NCBI GenBank assembly: GCA_964016885.1
Contig: OZ024755.1
Span: 7,688,001-7,752,000, forward strand
From: Eledone cirrhosa
Lineage: Eukaryota
Length of the DNA: 64,000 nucleotides
Direction of reading: 5' to 3'
Each line of letters opens with the position of its first letter. Position 1 is the first letter of the stretch. Positions 1 to 15,044 of the stretch are shown here, in pieces. The position numbers and the translations under genes are program-made. Under the pieces are notes generated by a model, which worked only from the letters and a program-made list of their open reading frames with translations, searched no databases and was not told where the DNA came from.

Positions 1-10
1 CCCTTATATG

Positions 11-79
<69 letters not shown>

Positions 80-1480
80 ATAAGCATGTATATGTATATA
101 TAAAAATCTTCCGTCATAATATGATGTTAGAACCATTGTTAAGCTATGCTCCAAATACCGGATACATAATAAGAATTTTTCTTGGTTATTTCTAATTCTG
201 CTGGAAACCATAGACAGTGTCTTTTATTGGAAATATGATAACGAATCCAAGTTTATATTTATAATTTATTATTAAGTATAAAATATGATGAAAACACTCA
301 ATGATTCTGTATTATGAATTTTTATGTTTTGTAGCAAAGGATGTTAAGATGTGGTGTAAAATTTAAGTTGACCCAAATAAATTACAGTATGGAATGAATC
401 TATGTGAACAGCAACTAGAATTACATGACGAAACTGCGAAGAGAGGTTACAGTGATGAGAATGAACAAACGAAAACAAGAAGTGAATTTCAATTGGATAT
501 TAATGGTTTCCCAATTTTAATACGATGAGAGGCTGAAAGCCAAATTTGAAAATGGGGAGAATCTGTTATTATAAGATGCCAAGTGACATTGAATAAAGTA
601 AGGATTGTTGCTGTCGAAGACAATCTGATATAAAAGGCAAGAAAAAAGGTCACCAAAACAGATTAGATAGAAGAAAATATAAATAGAAGAGTAAGACAGA
701 AGGAGGAGAAAATTGAAAGAGAAAATAATATGAATGAGAAACAAGAGACGTGAGTGTTCTCCGTATTTCAGTTTTAATAATAATTCTCCTAACGAAATTT
801 CCAGAAATAAAAATATTTTCAAGAAAAATACTAAAATAAATCGGATGAGATTGAATTGCAAATTCAATGTATGATATCTTATGAAATAATAACTGACTGA
901 CAAAAATAGGAAACATCTGAAAATTGTTTGCATATCGAATATGACGACATTTTTATATCAATTTTCGTTATTTGTCAGTATTTATATATTCATGTCGTTC
1001 TTTATATATTTATGTCTATCTTTGTTTGTTACTGATGAATTATTTCTTGCGGTTTATTTCTCCCCTTTAATACACAACATTAACGTTACGTTTTCTTGGC
1101 ATACAAATCGAATTCGTTCGCAGTTTGTCAAATCCACTTAAATTCAATAAAATAAATGAGTTAATTTTAGAGAGAAGCAAAGATAGATGAGTTAGAAAGA
1201 AAAGAAATTAAAATATAACAGTCGAAAAATATATAATAAAAGATGGAAATATCAAGTCAAATGATAATAGAATAAATAAAAATACCTGAACCGATAATAT
1301 AATATAAAAAATACTATTAATGATACAAAAATCATAATAATAAGAATATTGGTAATAGTATAAGTGAAAATTGAATTTCTAAGAACGTGTAAAGTATTTA
1401 AGACAATAGGATTAAAGAAAAAATATTGATGAGAAATATTCTGCATAAATTAGAATATGTATGTATGTGTGTATGTATGA

Positions 1481-1516
<36 letters not shown>

Positions 1517-1659
1517 GTACATTCGTTCATATATGTATATATACACACATACACACACATATATGTGTGTGTGTGTGAGCGCGTGTGTATCTATATCTAT
1601 GTACGAATGTATGTATATTAAAAATATGTATCCAAATGCATATACACATTTATATCCGC

Positions 1660-1750
<91 letters not shown>

Positions 1751-2528
1751 TGCGCGCGCGTATTTTCGGAATTAATTCACTGGATGTCAAAAAGGGAGGG
1801 AAGGTTACAAGAAAGAAAAATATTTATGAGATAGAATAGCAAAATCTTAAGAAAATTCGTGATGTACGATTCTTTATAAACGGTAAAAAATAACAACAAC
1901 AACTACAACAACTTAAACCATAACAACAAAATAATAACAATAATAATATTATTAATAAAATCAACAACAGCAATAAGAAAAATTATATAAAACAGCTTTT
2001 GTTTCAGTTAGATATTTAATATAGTTGACAGCCTGAAGAGTACCAAGACAGTGTTTTTCTAATTAAGAATTTTTACTTCATTTTGTTGTTACATCCTTCT
2101 GTTATTTCTATTATTATTATTTGCGACAGACAGGTGGCCAAAATAGGAGAGGGTTATTGAGATTCTGTTCTATTCTATAGAATATATGGATATGAAGAAA
2201 TCATTTTGAAAAAAAACAGACAAAAAAATGAAAATTCTTGTTTGTTTTTCTCTGATTCTTTAATTTCTGTGTTTTTCTATATATTTTTTTGAAAATAGTT
2301 TGCTTATTTTGTTTGTTTTTGTATATTTTGTATATTTTCATCCATCGTCTGCAAATTTCACACATACATTTTTACCTACAATCACACACATGCGAACTTT
2401 TACATATGTGAGGAGTGTATTGCAAACATACATTTATGTACCTACGTATATATGTCTGTACATAAGTACACACACACATATATATATATATGTACATAAA
2501 TACACACACACACACACACACACACACG

Positions 2529-2560
<32 letters not shown>

Positions 2561-3159
2561 TATTTATTTATTTATACATCCGTTTTTTTTTAATTATTGC
2601 TACCTCAGTAGAGTAAATAACCTCTGATTTATCACGAAAAATCTAAATTGTTTTCCGGCCATAAATAGATAAATATTGTGACAACAACAATGACCGATGA
2701 AGTGATGGTGGAAGTGACAGAAAAATATAAGGTATTAGCTCTTTCTTCTCTATGGTGTTTTTTAATTTTATTTTCATTGAAAAAAAAAAAATTATTATAG
2801 TTTTCTTATTGCTACTAAATTTTCTTCATTTTAAATATTCCTTTATATTTTATATGAAAATATCATAAAATAAATAAGAAAAAAAAAAGACTGATCAGAT
2901 ACTTTAACAGCGAGTTAATACCTGAATATTTATATCATTTAATAATCCTCGCTTTTTGGTGTGTAACTTATGAAGAAAATTCTTTATTAAGAGGTACAAA
3001 CGGAAATATTACTTTTTCGAATTTTTCTCTATTGCTCATATGTAATTGGTATTGAGGATTTTTTTTCTTATGAATGAATAAATAAACTCATGAGTTTTAT
3101 GTGAATCGAGAAATAAGAAATGGTAACCGTTTCATTCTGGTGAGTAATCCTGCCGTAAG

Positions 3160-3247
3160 AAAGTTGAACTCAGTGGAATTTGAACTCAGAGCATAAAGCG
3201 AGGAAAGAAATGCCATACGCATATATGTCATCGATGAAATGATTCAC
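3160..3247 (-). mobile_element. Degraded SINE-A 5' part (tRNA-derived head)
   Basis: The reverse complement contains ctgagttcaaattccactgagttcaactt, matching the B-box region of intact copies such as 50865-51053. Confidence 0.55.
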
Positions 3248-4049
3248 AATCTAATGATTCCAATAATAATTATAGATAGATACATTGATCATAATTATCA
3301 AGACAAATACATAGGCTCCGGTACATATACATACACATACAAGAGTATATAGAGCAAAGTTGTACACACACAAAAAAAAAAAACGAAATACGAGGACAAA
3401 TAAAAAAGAAAATCTGTCCTCTTCCTCCACCCCTGGTCAATGTAATTTCGTGTATAAGGTCGATATCGCATTCACAAACACACATACACACAGATACATG
3501 CGTACATAAATATACACACACATACACACAGATACATACGTACATACATACATGTACACATACATACATAAACACGTCGATCCAACTATCCATGCATTCG
3601 AAGACAAATTTAAAAAATACACCACACACTCTGTGAGAGTTGGGAAAGAAAAGTGAGATAAAGTGAGAAAGTCAGAGAGAGGAGATGAAAGACTTATTGA
3701 GAAAGTGGCTGAAAGAATTAAAACTAATATTTGTATGAGAGAATTAATTTTGCCAAAAGCTACAAAAATAAAATCTTTTTTCTCCGCCATTTATTTAATA
3801 AATTGATTTGTGTGTGTAAATACATACAGAATATGCTTCAAGGCTGTTTCAGAAATTTCACAAAGTTGAGATAACTTGATATTAAATTTCAGGAAAGGGC
3901 AAAGGTACAAAAGATCATGTATCGACAGAGTTTATCAATTGGATAAATCTTTATATTGTGATTGACCAATTTGATATATACATAAATATATACATACACA
4001 CATATATAACATGTATATGTGCTTGTTTGAGACTGTACGTATTAATATA

Positions 4050-4252
4050 TATTATCTCTCTCTCTCCCTATATATATATATATTATCTCTCTCTCTCCCT
4101 ATATATATATATATATTATCTCTCTCTCTCCCTATATATATATATATTATCTCTCTCTCTCTCTATATGTATATATATATATTATCTCTCTCTCTATATA
4201 TATATATATATTATCTCTCTCTCTATATATATATATATATTATCTCTCTCTA
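4050..4252. repeat. Compound minisatellite of ~30-bp units, tatta(tc)n(ta)n
   Basis: About 6-7 units are visible, each 'ttatctctctctc...tatatata'. Confidence 0.85.
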
Positions 4253-4678
4253 TATGTGTGTGTGTGTGTGTGTGTGTGAACTTAATATACTGTAATCTTG
4301 CTTCCTGTGTTTTGTTTTGTTTCATTCATAAACTATATATATATAAGCCATCGCTAGAACAGCCGTTAAAACAGCTAAATGCTGTCAAAGACAGCGATGG
4401 GCAAAAATGCCTCAGAGGACAGAGACCAGCGGCCAGTGGTCAACAGAGAGACAATCCACAAGGTGGGTGACAGTCAGATGGAATATAGAAAAGATTGGAG
4501 GAGGAGGACAAGTAGAAGACACGTTTAACCAGACACATCTTGTGTGTTCCAGACTATCATATATGTATATACATACACACACACATATATATATATACAC
4601 ACATATATATATATACACACATATATATATATATACACACACACACACATATATACACACACACACACATATATATAT

Positions 4679-4713
<35 letters not shown>

Positions 4714-5678
4714 CATATGTATACATACATCTATACATATATGTTTGTGTGGGTAAATATATATATAAATATTGGATAATACTGGGTTAGTTGACATATA
4801 AGATTTTATATAAAAGACACATTTCCTGGTGGAAGGACTCCATCAGTTGAGTTAAATTTTTTATACATCTCAGATTTACTGGGACTGAGTTTCACAATCA
4901 TGGGAGTATTATCCTCAAAAGGCAGAATCTTGAGTCCCAGTCAATCTAATGATGTGTGTGTGTGTGTGTATTAAACGAATTCCTCGACCAACAAAACCTT
5001 TATCTATCTTACTATTTATTCTTGAATCCATTCTTCAAACTGTTCTCATACATTTTTAATTTAAATCCATCCTCCATATCTTTTTATTTGCGAGTTGTTA
5101 TTTTAATCTGGTTGCGGTGACCACAGGGAGCAAACAAACAGATACACAGCAAACAGAGACATCAGGCCAGCATACGCAAATAGACGGATGAGGTAAACAG
5201 TCACGTGGGTAAACAGATGGGATCATTCCCCACAGACGATATAGCTTCGTTAATAAATATCTGTAAAACAGCTTGGCTGAGGAAATAGGGGGAAAGATAT
5301 ATAACAGAAGTATATGAAGGAAAATTTGAGCAGTAATGGCGGCAAAAGTAAAGGGAGGTGAAACTTGCAACTATATAATTTTCGATGTCCTTTTTTCTCT
5401 CTTTTTGACTGATTAAAACATTTTGATAACGAGCGGTCTGAAAACGCCCCTGGTTTGACGATAAAAATTTGTTTATTTAAAGTGTTTATATTTATCTAGA
5501 AAATCTCCCTTCACAATTTATGTAAGAACCTTTCTGATATTGTATTTAAAACCCCACCTTTTTGTACTCAATGCCGATGGGAATGTGACAACCACACACG
5601 TTTCTACAATACAGAACTGTTTGTTTTGAAATATTTACATTCATCTAAAACCGGTCACCACAATTCTATGTGTTAACA

Positions 5679-5806
5679 TTTGTTAAGTTATGTTCCAATA
5701 ACAACATTAATAATGAGTAAGTTTATTTATATTAATAAATCTCTCAAAATTATCTGAAAATCATACGCAGTCTATTTCATTAGTAATGTGGTAAGGAATG
5801 GGTTAA
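5679..5806. mobile_element. MITE-like remnant ending in GGGTTAA
   Basis: It ends ggtaaggaatgggttaa, a TTAA-CCC type terminus. Its ttgttaagttatgttcc segment resembles ttgttaagctatgctcc near 137. Confidence 0.3.
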
Positions 5807-6656
5807 TGTTTTTATATCTATTTAGTCTTTCAGCTTACAAAAATATGTTGTATCTGTAAGTCATAAAACTAGACATGTCATACACTGTATTACGCTGAAT
5901 TAAATCTATATAACAGCAGGGTGAAGTTGTGACAAAGATTTGGATGCTGTTTCTAGCATACCCTATTACCTTAGATATTTCTTGAGTTTATTCGTACTGA
6001 TGTTAGTCAATTTTAAGATGTCCTTGGAACCATCCTCAGTAGGATTACTCTAATGTAACCCTGAGAACATTCTGTATAGATTCAAGACAATTGTACCTTT
6101 ATCAACTGAACTAAGAGATAATCACTACACATATCAAGAACATATTATCCCGTCCTATATGTTCGCTTCACCATCAATGTAGATCTCTCTTGGTCAACAC
6201 AAATGCTGAATATGCCCTAAACTGCATCACAAAAGTTCGCTTTCCTCAACATGGCTAGTAAGTCCACAAGTACTGTTCCGTCCTATTTGTGAAGCAGTGT
6301 AGCTCCATCGGTCTGAGTCTAGGACACCACAAAGGCATCCTACACCAACTAATTGTCTGCTTGAAATTGTATTGTTCCCTAACACACACACATCACTGTC
6401 TGTCAGACATGATGTCTCTTCTTTTTGTCTGTTCTACCATTATTATCATAGCCTTTGCACCCTAGAGCCGGTTGCTCTCGTGACATCTTTACTCATATAC
6501 CCTAAACTCACTCGTCCCTTTTCTTAACATACATATTTTCCCACCCATGCCACACACTCATCACTAGGTATACCCATTATATCAACATAGCGGTTCGAGA
6601 AAAAAGACAACAAACAACAAACAACAGATAGATAAAATATGCATGAGGCTTGAAAA

Positions 6657-6745
6657 GATAAGTACTGTTATCGATATGATTATTTAAGACTGCAGCCAAG
6701 CATGACCGCAGTCTAATGATTGAGACAAGTGAAAGAATAAATATA
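6657..6745 (+). mobile_element. 3' tail fragment of an old SINE
   Basis: gcatgaccgcagtctaatgattgagacaagtgaaagaataa resembles the 3' ends at 24965-25020 and the reverse complement of 60041-60085. Confidence 0.5.
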
Positions 6746-7192
6746 AAAAAAAATAAGTTTCTGTTTGAAAGACAGTTGTATCGTCTACCTCTTTGAAGAA
6801 TTGTTCTAACGTCTTCCCTGTGAAAGATAGTTCAAAAGATTTGCTCTGTGAAATACTGTTGTAATGTCTATATTGTGAAAGACTTTTGTAAAGTTTGCTC
6901 TGTGAAACCGACTGTTTTCCTTTCTTCTGATAGTAACTCCACCTCTTTCAAGAAAGATATCGTAAATAAAAGAAATACGATAAAAATGAAAAGAGGCTAC
7001 AAACGATTTCTTTGAAGACAATTGTGAGAGATGTCTCAGCTATTTATTTGATAGGGACAGTTCATTTGTTCTATTTCTTACACAACTGTAATCCTACCGA
7101 CTTCACACCGAGATTCAATTGATACTAATATTAATGTTTATTGTCAACACTGTTTGTTTCTTGAATTGTTTATGCGGGCCTCTGTTTATATA

Positions 7193-7270
<78 letters not shown>

Positions 7271-7747
7271 GGGGGAGGGGGGTCAGTGTCTTTGTGTCTG
7301 GGTATATGTGCGTATGTGTCTGTGTGTGTAGGACTCTGTGCTTTGTACTTGTGTCTGTGAGTAAAGCGTGGATCAGATGTTATGCTTTCTATCTCTGTTG
7401 GGACACATACACACGGGACAAGAATGGGAATACGGTCTCATACGCGTACACATAAATACACACACACACACATATATATATATAGTTATAGATAGATCCA
7501 TGAAAAGGTGCAACTATAAATGCCACTAAATAAATGTATACTCATATGCGCGTGTATATGATAACTAGTCAGAATAGACATATAAAAATAGTTCAGATAA
7601 TTACGGAAATAATAAAGTACACGATTATACACGAGTAGATATAGCAACTGAGACACAAGCATGTAAACCTCAACAGAACAACGAAGCAGTAACAATTAAT
7701 ATAAAATAGAACATCAGATAGAAAACCCAAACCCACAAAGTATGTAC

Positions 7748-7786
<39 letters not shown>

Positions 7787-7889
7787 TATAGATATATATA
7801 TATATATATAGATATATATATATATATATATATATAGATATATATAGATATATATATATAGATATATATAGATATATATATATAGATAT

Positions 7890-8102
<213 letters not shown>

Positions 8103-8129
8103 CAGACACACACACAAACACAAACACAA

Positions 8130-8206
<77 letters not shown>

Positions 8207-10073
8207 ATATATATATTGTAAAAGAATGAAGAATAACGTGAATCAGCTGTACAATAGCGTTTATTCATAAACTCTACCTGCATATCTCATTAACCTATAT
8301 ATATACACAAATATAAATTAGCGAGAATCGTATTTCGGGTTTGGAATTAGCGAAAAACAACTTCTGAGATGTGTGACAAGCGCTCAATAATTCTGACGAA
8401 CCAGAGCTACAATATACGTTAAAGGCCAAACACAGAGACGATGGTTAAACCGTCATCCGCACAACCATAGAAACGACCAAGTAATTCGGGTCAAACAAAT
8501 GAAAAAATATGTGATTGAAAATTTACCCGGACCCCTGCATGGTTGGTAAAATCCAGCATTTGGGTTTCTGCGACTCCTATATATATATATATATAAAACA
8601 CCGTCAAAGAATTCTGATATAAAAGGTAAATAATAAATGGGCAAGTTGACAACTGTAGAAAGGAAATCTGTAGAGTGAGAGAGGACAGTTATCAGTCAAT
8701 GAATATGTTATTAACAAATCAAGTAACGAGACAGACCATCACCTAAGAAAACAATATATGGTTATACAAATTGAAAAGAAAGACAACTGAATTGGCTAAT
8801 GTAAAACGATATAAGGAAAGTTTTGTCTAGAAAAAAAGGGTCTAAAAACCGGTAAAGAAAAAACGAAGTCAAGCGATGATATATTGAACAACCAATGCAA
8901 TAATAAATGGCACAACGATAACTGTTTAGATAATGAAAATAATAGCTCTATATGAACGAATAAATACGTTCCCAGGGATATGAATACCGCCCAAAATAGA
9001 GAAGAAAAACATTTTTTACCTCAAGATTTAGGTGTAGATGCGGTACGCCCTCTTTATCAAAATATATTTGGTTACGTAGGAGAAAGGACCACCCATTTGT
9101 TCAGAATCAAGTTATAATGAATTGGAAGGTAACTTGAAGTGCATTGATCTATTGTAAAGCAATGAGTGATAACACAGGATTACTCTGGGAACCAAAAGTG
9201 TATGATGTAAATCATTTGAGTGTCACTTTGGTAGATTTATAGAATAAACAAAAATGAGTGTTTTTATATTTTAAAACGTTTTATATATATTTCCATGTAT
9301 TTTATGGTAATACTAAAATATTCTCTACTGGTCTTGTGCCTATACTTGAAATCATCGTTGCTTAGTGGGTGGGACTGGTCCAGTGTAAGGACATTCCACA
9401 CTATAAAAGCTTCACATACAGGCATCACTCGATGTCGGATGAACTTTGAAAGATGAGAATGGCTGGATTCGTTCGCAACACCACACAACTTAAGTTGGTA
9501 TCATTTGATAGCCATACTCTATAAAGTGCTGGCTACCAATATGTTAGTATGTATGTATGTATGTATGTATGTATTTATTATTTATGTATGTATGTATGTA
9601 TGTTTGTATGTTTGCATGTATGTTTGTATATATGTGTATATGCATGCATATATTTGTACGTATGTATACGTGTTTGTGTGTGTGTTTGTGTCTCAGTGTT
9701 TGTGTATGTTTTCAATCTAAATATTGAACAAGCTGCAATTTAAAATCATAGAGAGGGCAGTTATAAGATATCAAGATTTCTATCTTAGCCAAGAAAGTCA
9801 CGGCTCATCAGAGATGACCTGAATTATTTACATAATATCGCATGATGAGAAACTGAAATCTGACATTTGCAATATTAAGAAATTCTATGTAGACTTAGTG
9901 AAATAATACATAAGCCAACATATTCATTTCTTCAAAGTGTTTCCTCTATAGTTCAGAGTAATATGATTTCCTATTCCGATTTCTAATATATAAACTTATC
10001 TGCGCTTATTTCAACCTTTTGTGAAAAATATTTATGTATTTCGCTTCAGTGAAGGAGAGGATATTGACGATAT

Positions 10074-10149
<76 letters not shown>

Positions 10150-10237
10150 ATATATACATGTATAGATATACATATATATATATAATAACATATATGTATA
10201 TTTATTAATTTATTAACATATATATATATATATATAT

Positions 10238-10735
10238 ATTTCGTTTCTGATTTTGTTTAGCAAGTTTCTTTATCTGAAAACGTGTGTTGAAACCGATATT
10301 GTTTTACTTTGGGAGGGTCATGTTGCCAATAAGAAACACACGCACCAGTTGCTTTCACTCCAATTTATTATAAATTAAATTTATAAATTTAAGAAATTTG
10401 TAAATTTCCGGTTGGTTGGTTGGTTTCGCAACCGGACGGTTGTTCATATATTGTCAAAGTTCTTTCATCACACATTCTGTGACCACTTCAGTGATTGTGG
10501 ATTATTTTCTTTGTTTTGTGCCTTCCCTTTGTTCTGTCCTACGCCATCTTGTTTTGGTGTGTGTTGTGTGCTTAGTTTGCGCATGTGTTACATCCGGGTG
10601 TCTGTGTGTGTTTTTATTTGTTTATTTACATGTTATAAGGTGGTTGTTTGTTCTATGTGTGTGTGTTTTCATTCTATCCTTAATTGTAAGTTGTAATGTT
10701 GCTATTCCATTCATGTTTTTTATTTAATTTCAACA

Positions 10736-10738
<3 letters not shown>
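10238..10738 (-). mobile_element. Repeat family D (probable PLE 3' end) in a (TA)n tract
   Basis: 10238-10554 is the reverse complement of 41670-41985. It carries a degenerate HHR core (ctgaagt..gaaagaacttt) and has (TA)n on both sides. Confidence 0.7.
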
Positions 10739-10804
<66 letters not shown>

Positions 10805-10815
10805 CACATATGTGC

Positions 10816-10866
<51 letters not shown>

Positions 10867-10882
10867 CATACACATATGTGCA

Positions 10883-10932
<50 letters not shown>

Positions 10933-10973
10933 CATATAAATATATATATGTGCATATATATATATATATGTGC

Positions 10974-11038
<65 letters not shown>

Positions 11039-11099
11039 CATATATATATATACATATACATATATATATATATACATATACATATATATATACATATAC

Positions 11100-11170
<71 letters not shown>

Positions 11171-11171
11171 C

Positions 11172-11206
<35 letters not shown>

Positions 11207-11207
11207 C

Positions 11208-11271
<64 letters not shown>

Positions 11272-11305
11272 ATTTATATATGCATATATATATATATATG
11301 TATAT
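10739..11305. repeat. Long imperfect (TA)n/(TACA) microsatellite
   Basis: Seen directly; it is the source of the YI-repeat ORFs. Confidence 0.95.
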
Positions 11306-12366
11306 ATTGGAAGATATTGACTTTTACCGCAGACAACTGGAAAATCGGACGAAATAAATAAAGTCTAAATATAACAGTTACCATATTAGATAAGAACTAA
11401 TTAAAAATATCATCAATAAGTGAAGTCAATGTACATATTATTCACTCCCAATACGAATACTTTAACGTGTATATATATATATATATACATATGTATATAT
11501 GTATATATAAGTTTGTATGTATGTATATGTATGTATATGTTAGTGAATGCATATGGGTATACGTATTTATGTATGTATGTATGTATGTATGTATGTATGT
11601 ATGTATGTATGTATGTATGTATATCTATCTTATACGTGTTTGTGCGAATGTATATGTGTGGACGTACGTATTCATGTATGAATGTATGTTTGTTTATGTG
11701 CGTACGTATGTATATGTGTATGCATGTATAAGTATGTCTGAATATATAGGTGATGTGAATATTTATATATGTATGTATGTTCTGTTTTTACTATTTAATC
11801 TTCACCAATAGAGAGAGATAGAGATTTTTACTAATATAGAAACAATACTCTTTCATTGGAATCTAGATATCAACTCTCCCCCCCTCTCTCTCTCTCTCTA
11901 TCTCTCTCTGTGTAGGTTGTATGTTATACCATGCGTGGCTCAGTAGGGTTTAAGTTATATGTGGAACACATGCATATGTTTCTGTATCTATACGTGTGTG
12001 TATATGTATTTATTACAAGCTCAATTTCTGAAAAATATTTTACAGAATTTCATAGTTTCAGCGATGTACTCACAGTAACAGACTTATCACTAAAACATAA
12101 TAAAGAATATTAAATATATATATATATATAACCCATTTGCAACCACGCAGCACGTCTTGTTTTCATAGTCACATATATTAGATTAGAGCAAACATCACTG
12201 CCGCTCTATCTCAAAATTATTTTTGAAAAGCATTAGAAATGCGCAACCGGTAAAACTTAAAACCAAACCTGAATACTAACCAATACTATTACTAATTTTC
12301 ACTTATTCCTAATTAAACTATTTTTCACTGGGAACAATTTGTCAGCATTTTCTTTTCCTTTTACCA

Positions 12367-12398
<32 letters not shown>

Positions 12399-12705
12399 GT
12401 TTGTGTGTACATGAAAGTTTATATATATATATATATATATGTGTATGTATGTATGTATGCCGAATATTTCTTGTTACTAATTCGCATTACTTCCGTTATA
12501 TTTTGTAAAACAGACACTATTTATTTTTTATGCTTTGTAAGTGTGAATATTTTGTTGGTAACATTTTGGTTTCTAAGCATACGGGAGGGCGACAGATATA
12601 ATTCTCCCTTTGAAACTGGATTACGACGCTAAAAAGATGGAAAACCCCTTTTTTAAATATAAGATATCTGGGAATTTGCGTGTGTGAATATGCGCAAAAT
12701 ATGCA

Positions 12706-12848
12706 ATATGGCCTAATGGTTAAGTAGTTCTCTTTGCAAGGATAAGGACCTCGTTTCGATCCCATTGCGCTGAGTTTTCTGTGTCATTCACCATTGCTTC
12801 TAATTGATTCAAACCTTGCGAGTAAAACTGGGTTGACTGAATTAATTT
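12706..12848 (+). mobile_element. Degraded tRNA-headed SINE (older family)
   Basis: It has an A-box-like tggcctaatggttaag and a B-box-like gtttcgatccc. The downstream aaaccttgcgagt resembles the reverse complement of 60290-60330. Confidence 0.5.
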
Positions 12849-13074
12849 GTAAACAATTTCATAAACAGACATCTCTTGATGGAACAACTGAAACTGCTTA
12901 ACGCGAGATTGACGGAGATCCATATACGTTGTGCGTGTACGCTCATGTATAAATATGTGTATCTGTGACCCGTGGCATTTGTGTGAATCTCTGTAAATTC
13001 CTAGCTTAACAGGCAACTAGTCATAGTTGCAGCAACCAGGCCACGGATGTATCTGTAAGTTATGTATGTGGGGC

Positions 13075-13168
<94 letters not shown>

Positions 13169-13597
13169 CTCATTGTTTATATATATATAAATAACATTTC
13201 TTTATTTTTTGTACAGAAAAAGACTGTAGAATGGAAATAGAAATGAAAATAGCAGATGGAAGAATCAAATTAAACCACACGGAGTCTCGTGGAGGAAAAG
13301 AGTAGAATGGCGATAAAAGAGAGGTGAGAGAGGTGAGTTTTATTGAGAATTATTGGAAAGCACCGTGTTAGACAACAGTCGTTAATGGCAGAGAGGTTAA
13401 CAACGTCACTCAAATCAAGACAATATGATTAGGTTTTGATTAAGAATGACGCTCAAGTTAAGTCATTCCATCATATCACTCGTACATATGATCTTTTGAC
13501 CGAGCTTTCTGAGGCCGAGGCTATAATCGTTACAGGCTGCCGTATTGTGAGTCCAAAAGCTTGCCTTATCTCACGGAAATCTATCGAACGGTACAGA

Positions 13598-13713
13598 TCT
13601 CTCTCTCTCTCTCTCTCTCTCCTTCTCTCTCTCTCTATCTATCTTTCTCACAGCAGGATCTTCTTTCTAAATGTTGACTATCTCTTGCATTTCCCGAGGT
13701 TGTTGTTATCCCC

Positions 13714-13775
<62 letters not shown>

Positions 13776-13906
13776 GTGTGTGTATGTGTATGTGTCTGTG
13801 TATCTGTGTGTATTTATGCACTCAAATCCACTCATAGATGAACATGAACAGCCCCCTTATTCTGCCAGAATGTTAACAGTACAAACGAAAAACAACCGGA
13901 AAGTTG

Positions 13907-13985
<79 letters not shown>
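13598..13985. repeat. (CT)n and (GA)n tracts
   Basis: (CT)n at ~13598-13650 and 13717-13771; (GA)n at 13910-13985. Confidence 0.95.
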
Positions 13986-13988
<3 letters not shown>

Positions 13989-14339
13989 GAGAAGATTTTA
14001 TTACATATAAGAGTCCGCGGCAGAAGAACCTTAGTTGCCCTCCGGTAAGTAACAATCTGAGAAGAGAGTAAAACAGCAGAGAACTTCTCTAGTAAATCTG
14101 AGTCATAAAACCAGAAATTAAGAATTATTAAACTAGGAAATAACAGTATATATGTAGTGTTGGTGGTGGTTTGTGGTGGTGGTTTGTGGTGGAGGTGGTG
14201 GTGGTTTGTGGTGGAGGTGGTGGGTATGGGATTGAAGCGAAAGTGTTGAGAATAGAGGGAAAACTTATTAGTGGTAGCGGTGGCAGTGGGGATAGGAGAA
14301 ATATGGCAAAATAGAGAAAGAGAGAGAGGGAGAGAGAGA

Positions 14340-14397
<58 letters not shown>

Positions 14398-14509
14398 GTC
14401 GGTGGATTTGTGTGTCTGTATGTGAATATATGGTTATAGCTCTATTTGTATGAGATGTATCAAGACTGCATGTATGAAGAAATTAAGTAAAACAGAGCAA
14501 TATATATAT

Positions 14510-14694
14510 ATAGGAAAAGAGTCAGGACCCCGACGGCAGAGCTGAAGCCGTTTCAACGGTTATTTCAGCCGTCGAAACGGCTTGAGCTCTGCCATCGGGG
14601 TCCTGACTCTTTTCCTATTACCCACTCTACTACCCAAAGTATTGAGTACTCTGGTGCGTTATGGTCCACCTGGTTCCTTACCACACTTCCTTTG

Positions 14695-14697
<3 letters not shown>
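14510..14697 (+). mobile_element. Repeat family B with a 5' fold-back palindrome
   Basis: It is highly similar to 20474-20645 and 40780-40981. Arms 14510-14559 and 14569-14618 are inverted repeats, and (TA)n flanks it. Confidence 0.85.
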
Positions 14698-14750
<53 letters not shown>

Positions 14751-14780
14751 GTATATATATATATGTGTGTGTGTGTGTGT

Positions 14781-14874
14781 ATCCCGGGTTCAATCGGTGG
14801 TAACCACAGTAAGTAACGTACTCAATACATAATAGAAACAGTTTTAGTCCTGTAGAAACGATTTCTATATTAAA
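14781..14874. mobile_element. Repeat family C, internally inverted copy
   Basis: 14781-14830 matches 24289-24334 directly, while 14835-14874 matches 55831-55870 and 20659-20700, so the two halves have opposite orientation. Confidence 0.75.
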
Positions 14875-14901
14875 CATTATATACATATATATATATATGC
14901 A

Positions 14902-15044
14902 TGTAAAAGGTAAAAGAAATAACAACACAATCGGTAGGGTATATGGAAGGAATATATTAGGGTAACACTTGAAATAGCAGGAAGAGGGTCTTAACGTTTC
15001 GGACGCTAGTCATTCCTCAGGAGAAAGAATGAGAAATAAGATAG
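14902..15044 (-). mobile_element. Repeat family F (hammerhead-bearing, PLE-like terminus)
   Basis: The reverse complement aligns with 44290-44433. Confidence 0.8.
14989..15024 (-). ncRNA. Minimal type-I hammerhead ribozyme motif (family F)
   Basis: The minus strand reads ucuc CUGAGGA au gac uagc guc c GAAAC GUU^aaga. Stem III is the palindrome AACGUU, and stems I and II each have one mismatch. Confidence 0.6.

Noticed and set aside
8390-8460. CTGACGA...taaaccgtc hammerhead-like motif
   Set aside because: It lacks G12 of GAAA and has no stem I pairing.
9770-9820. Minus-strand CTGATGA-gcc...ggc motif
   Set aside because: Stem II is followed by TAAG rather than GAAA.
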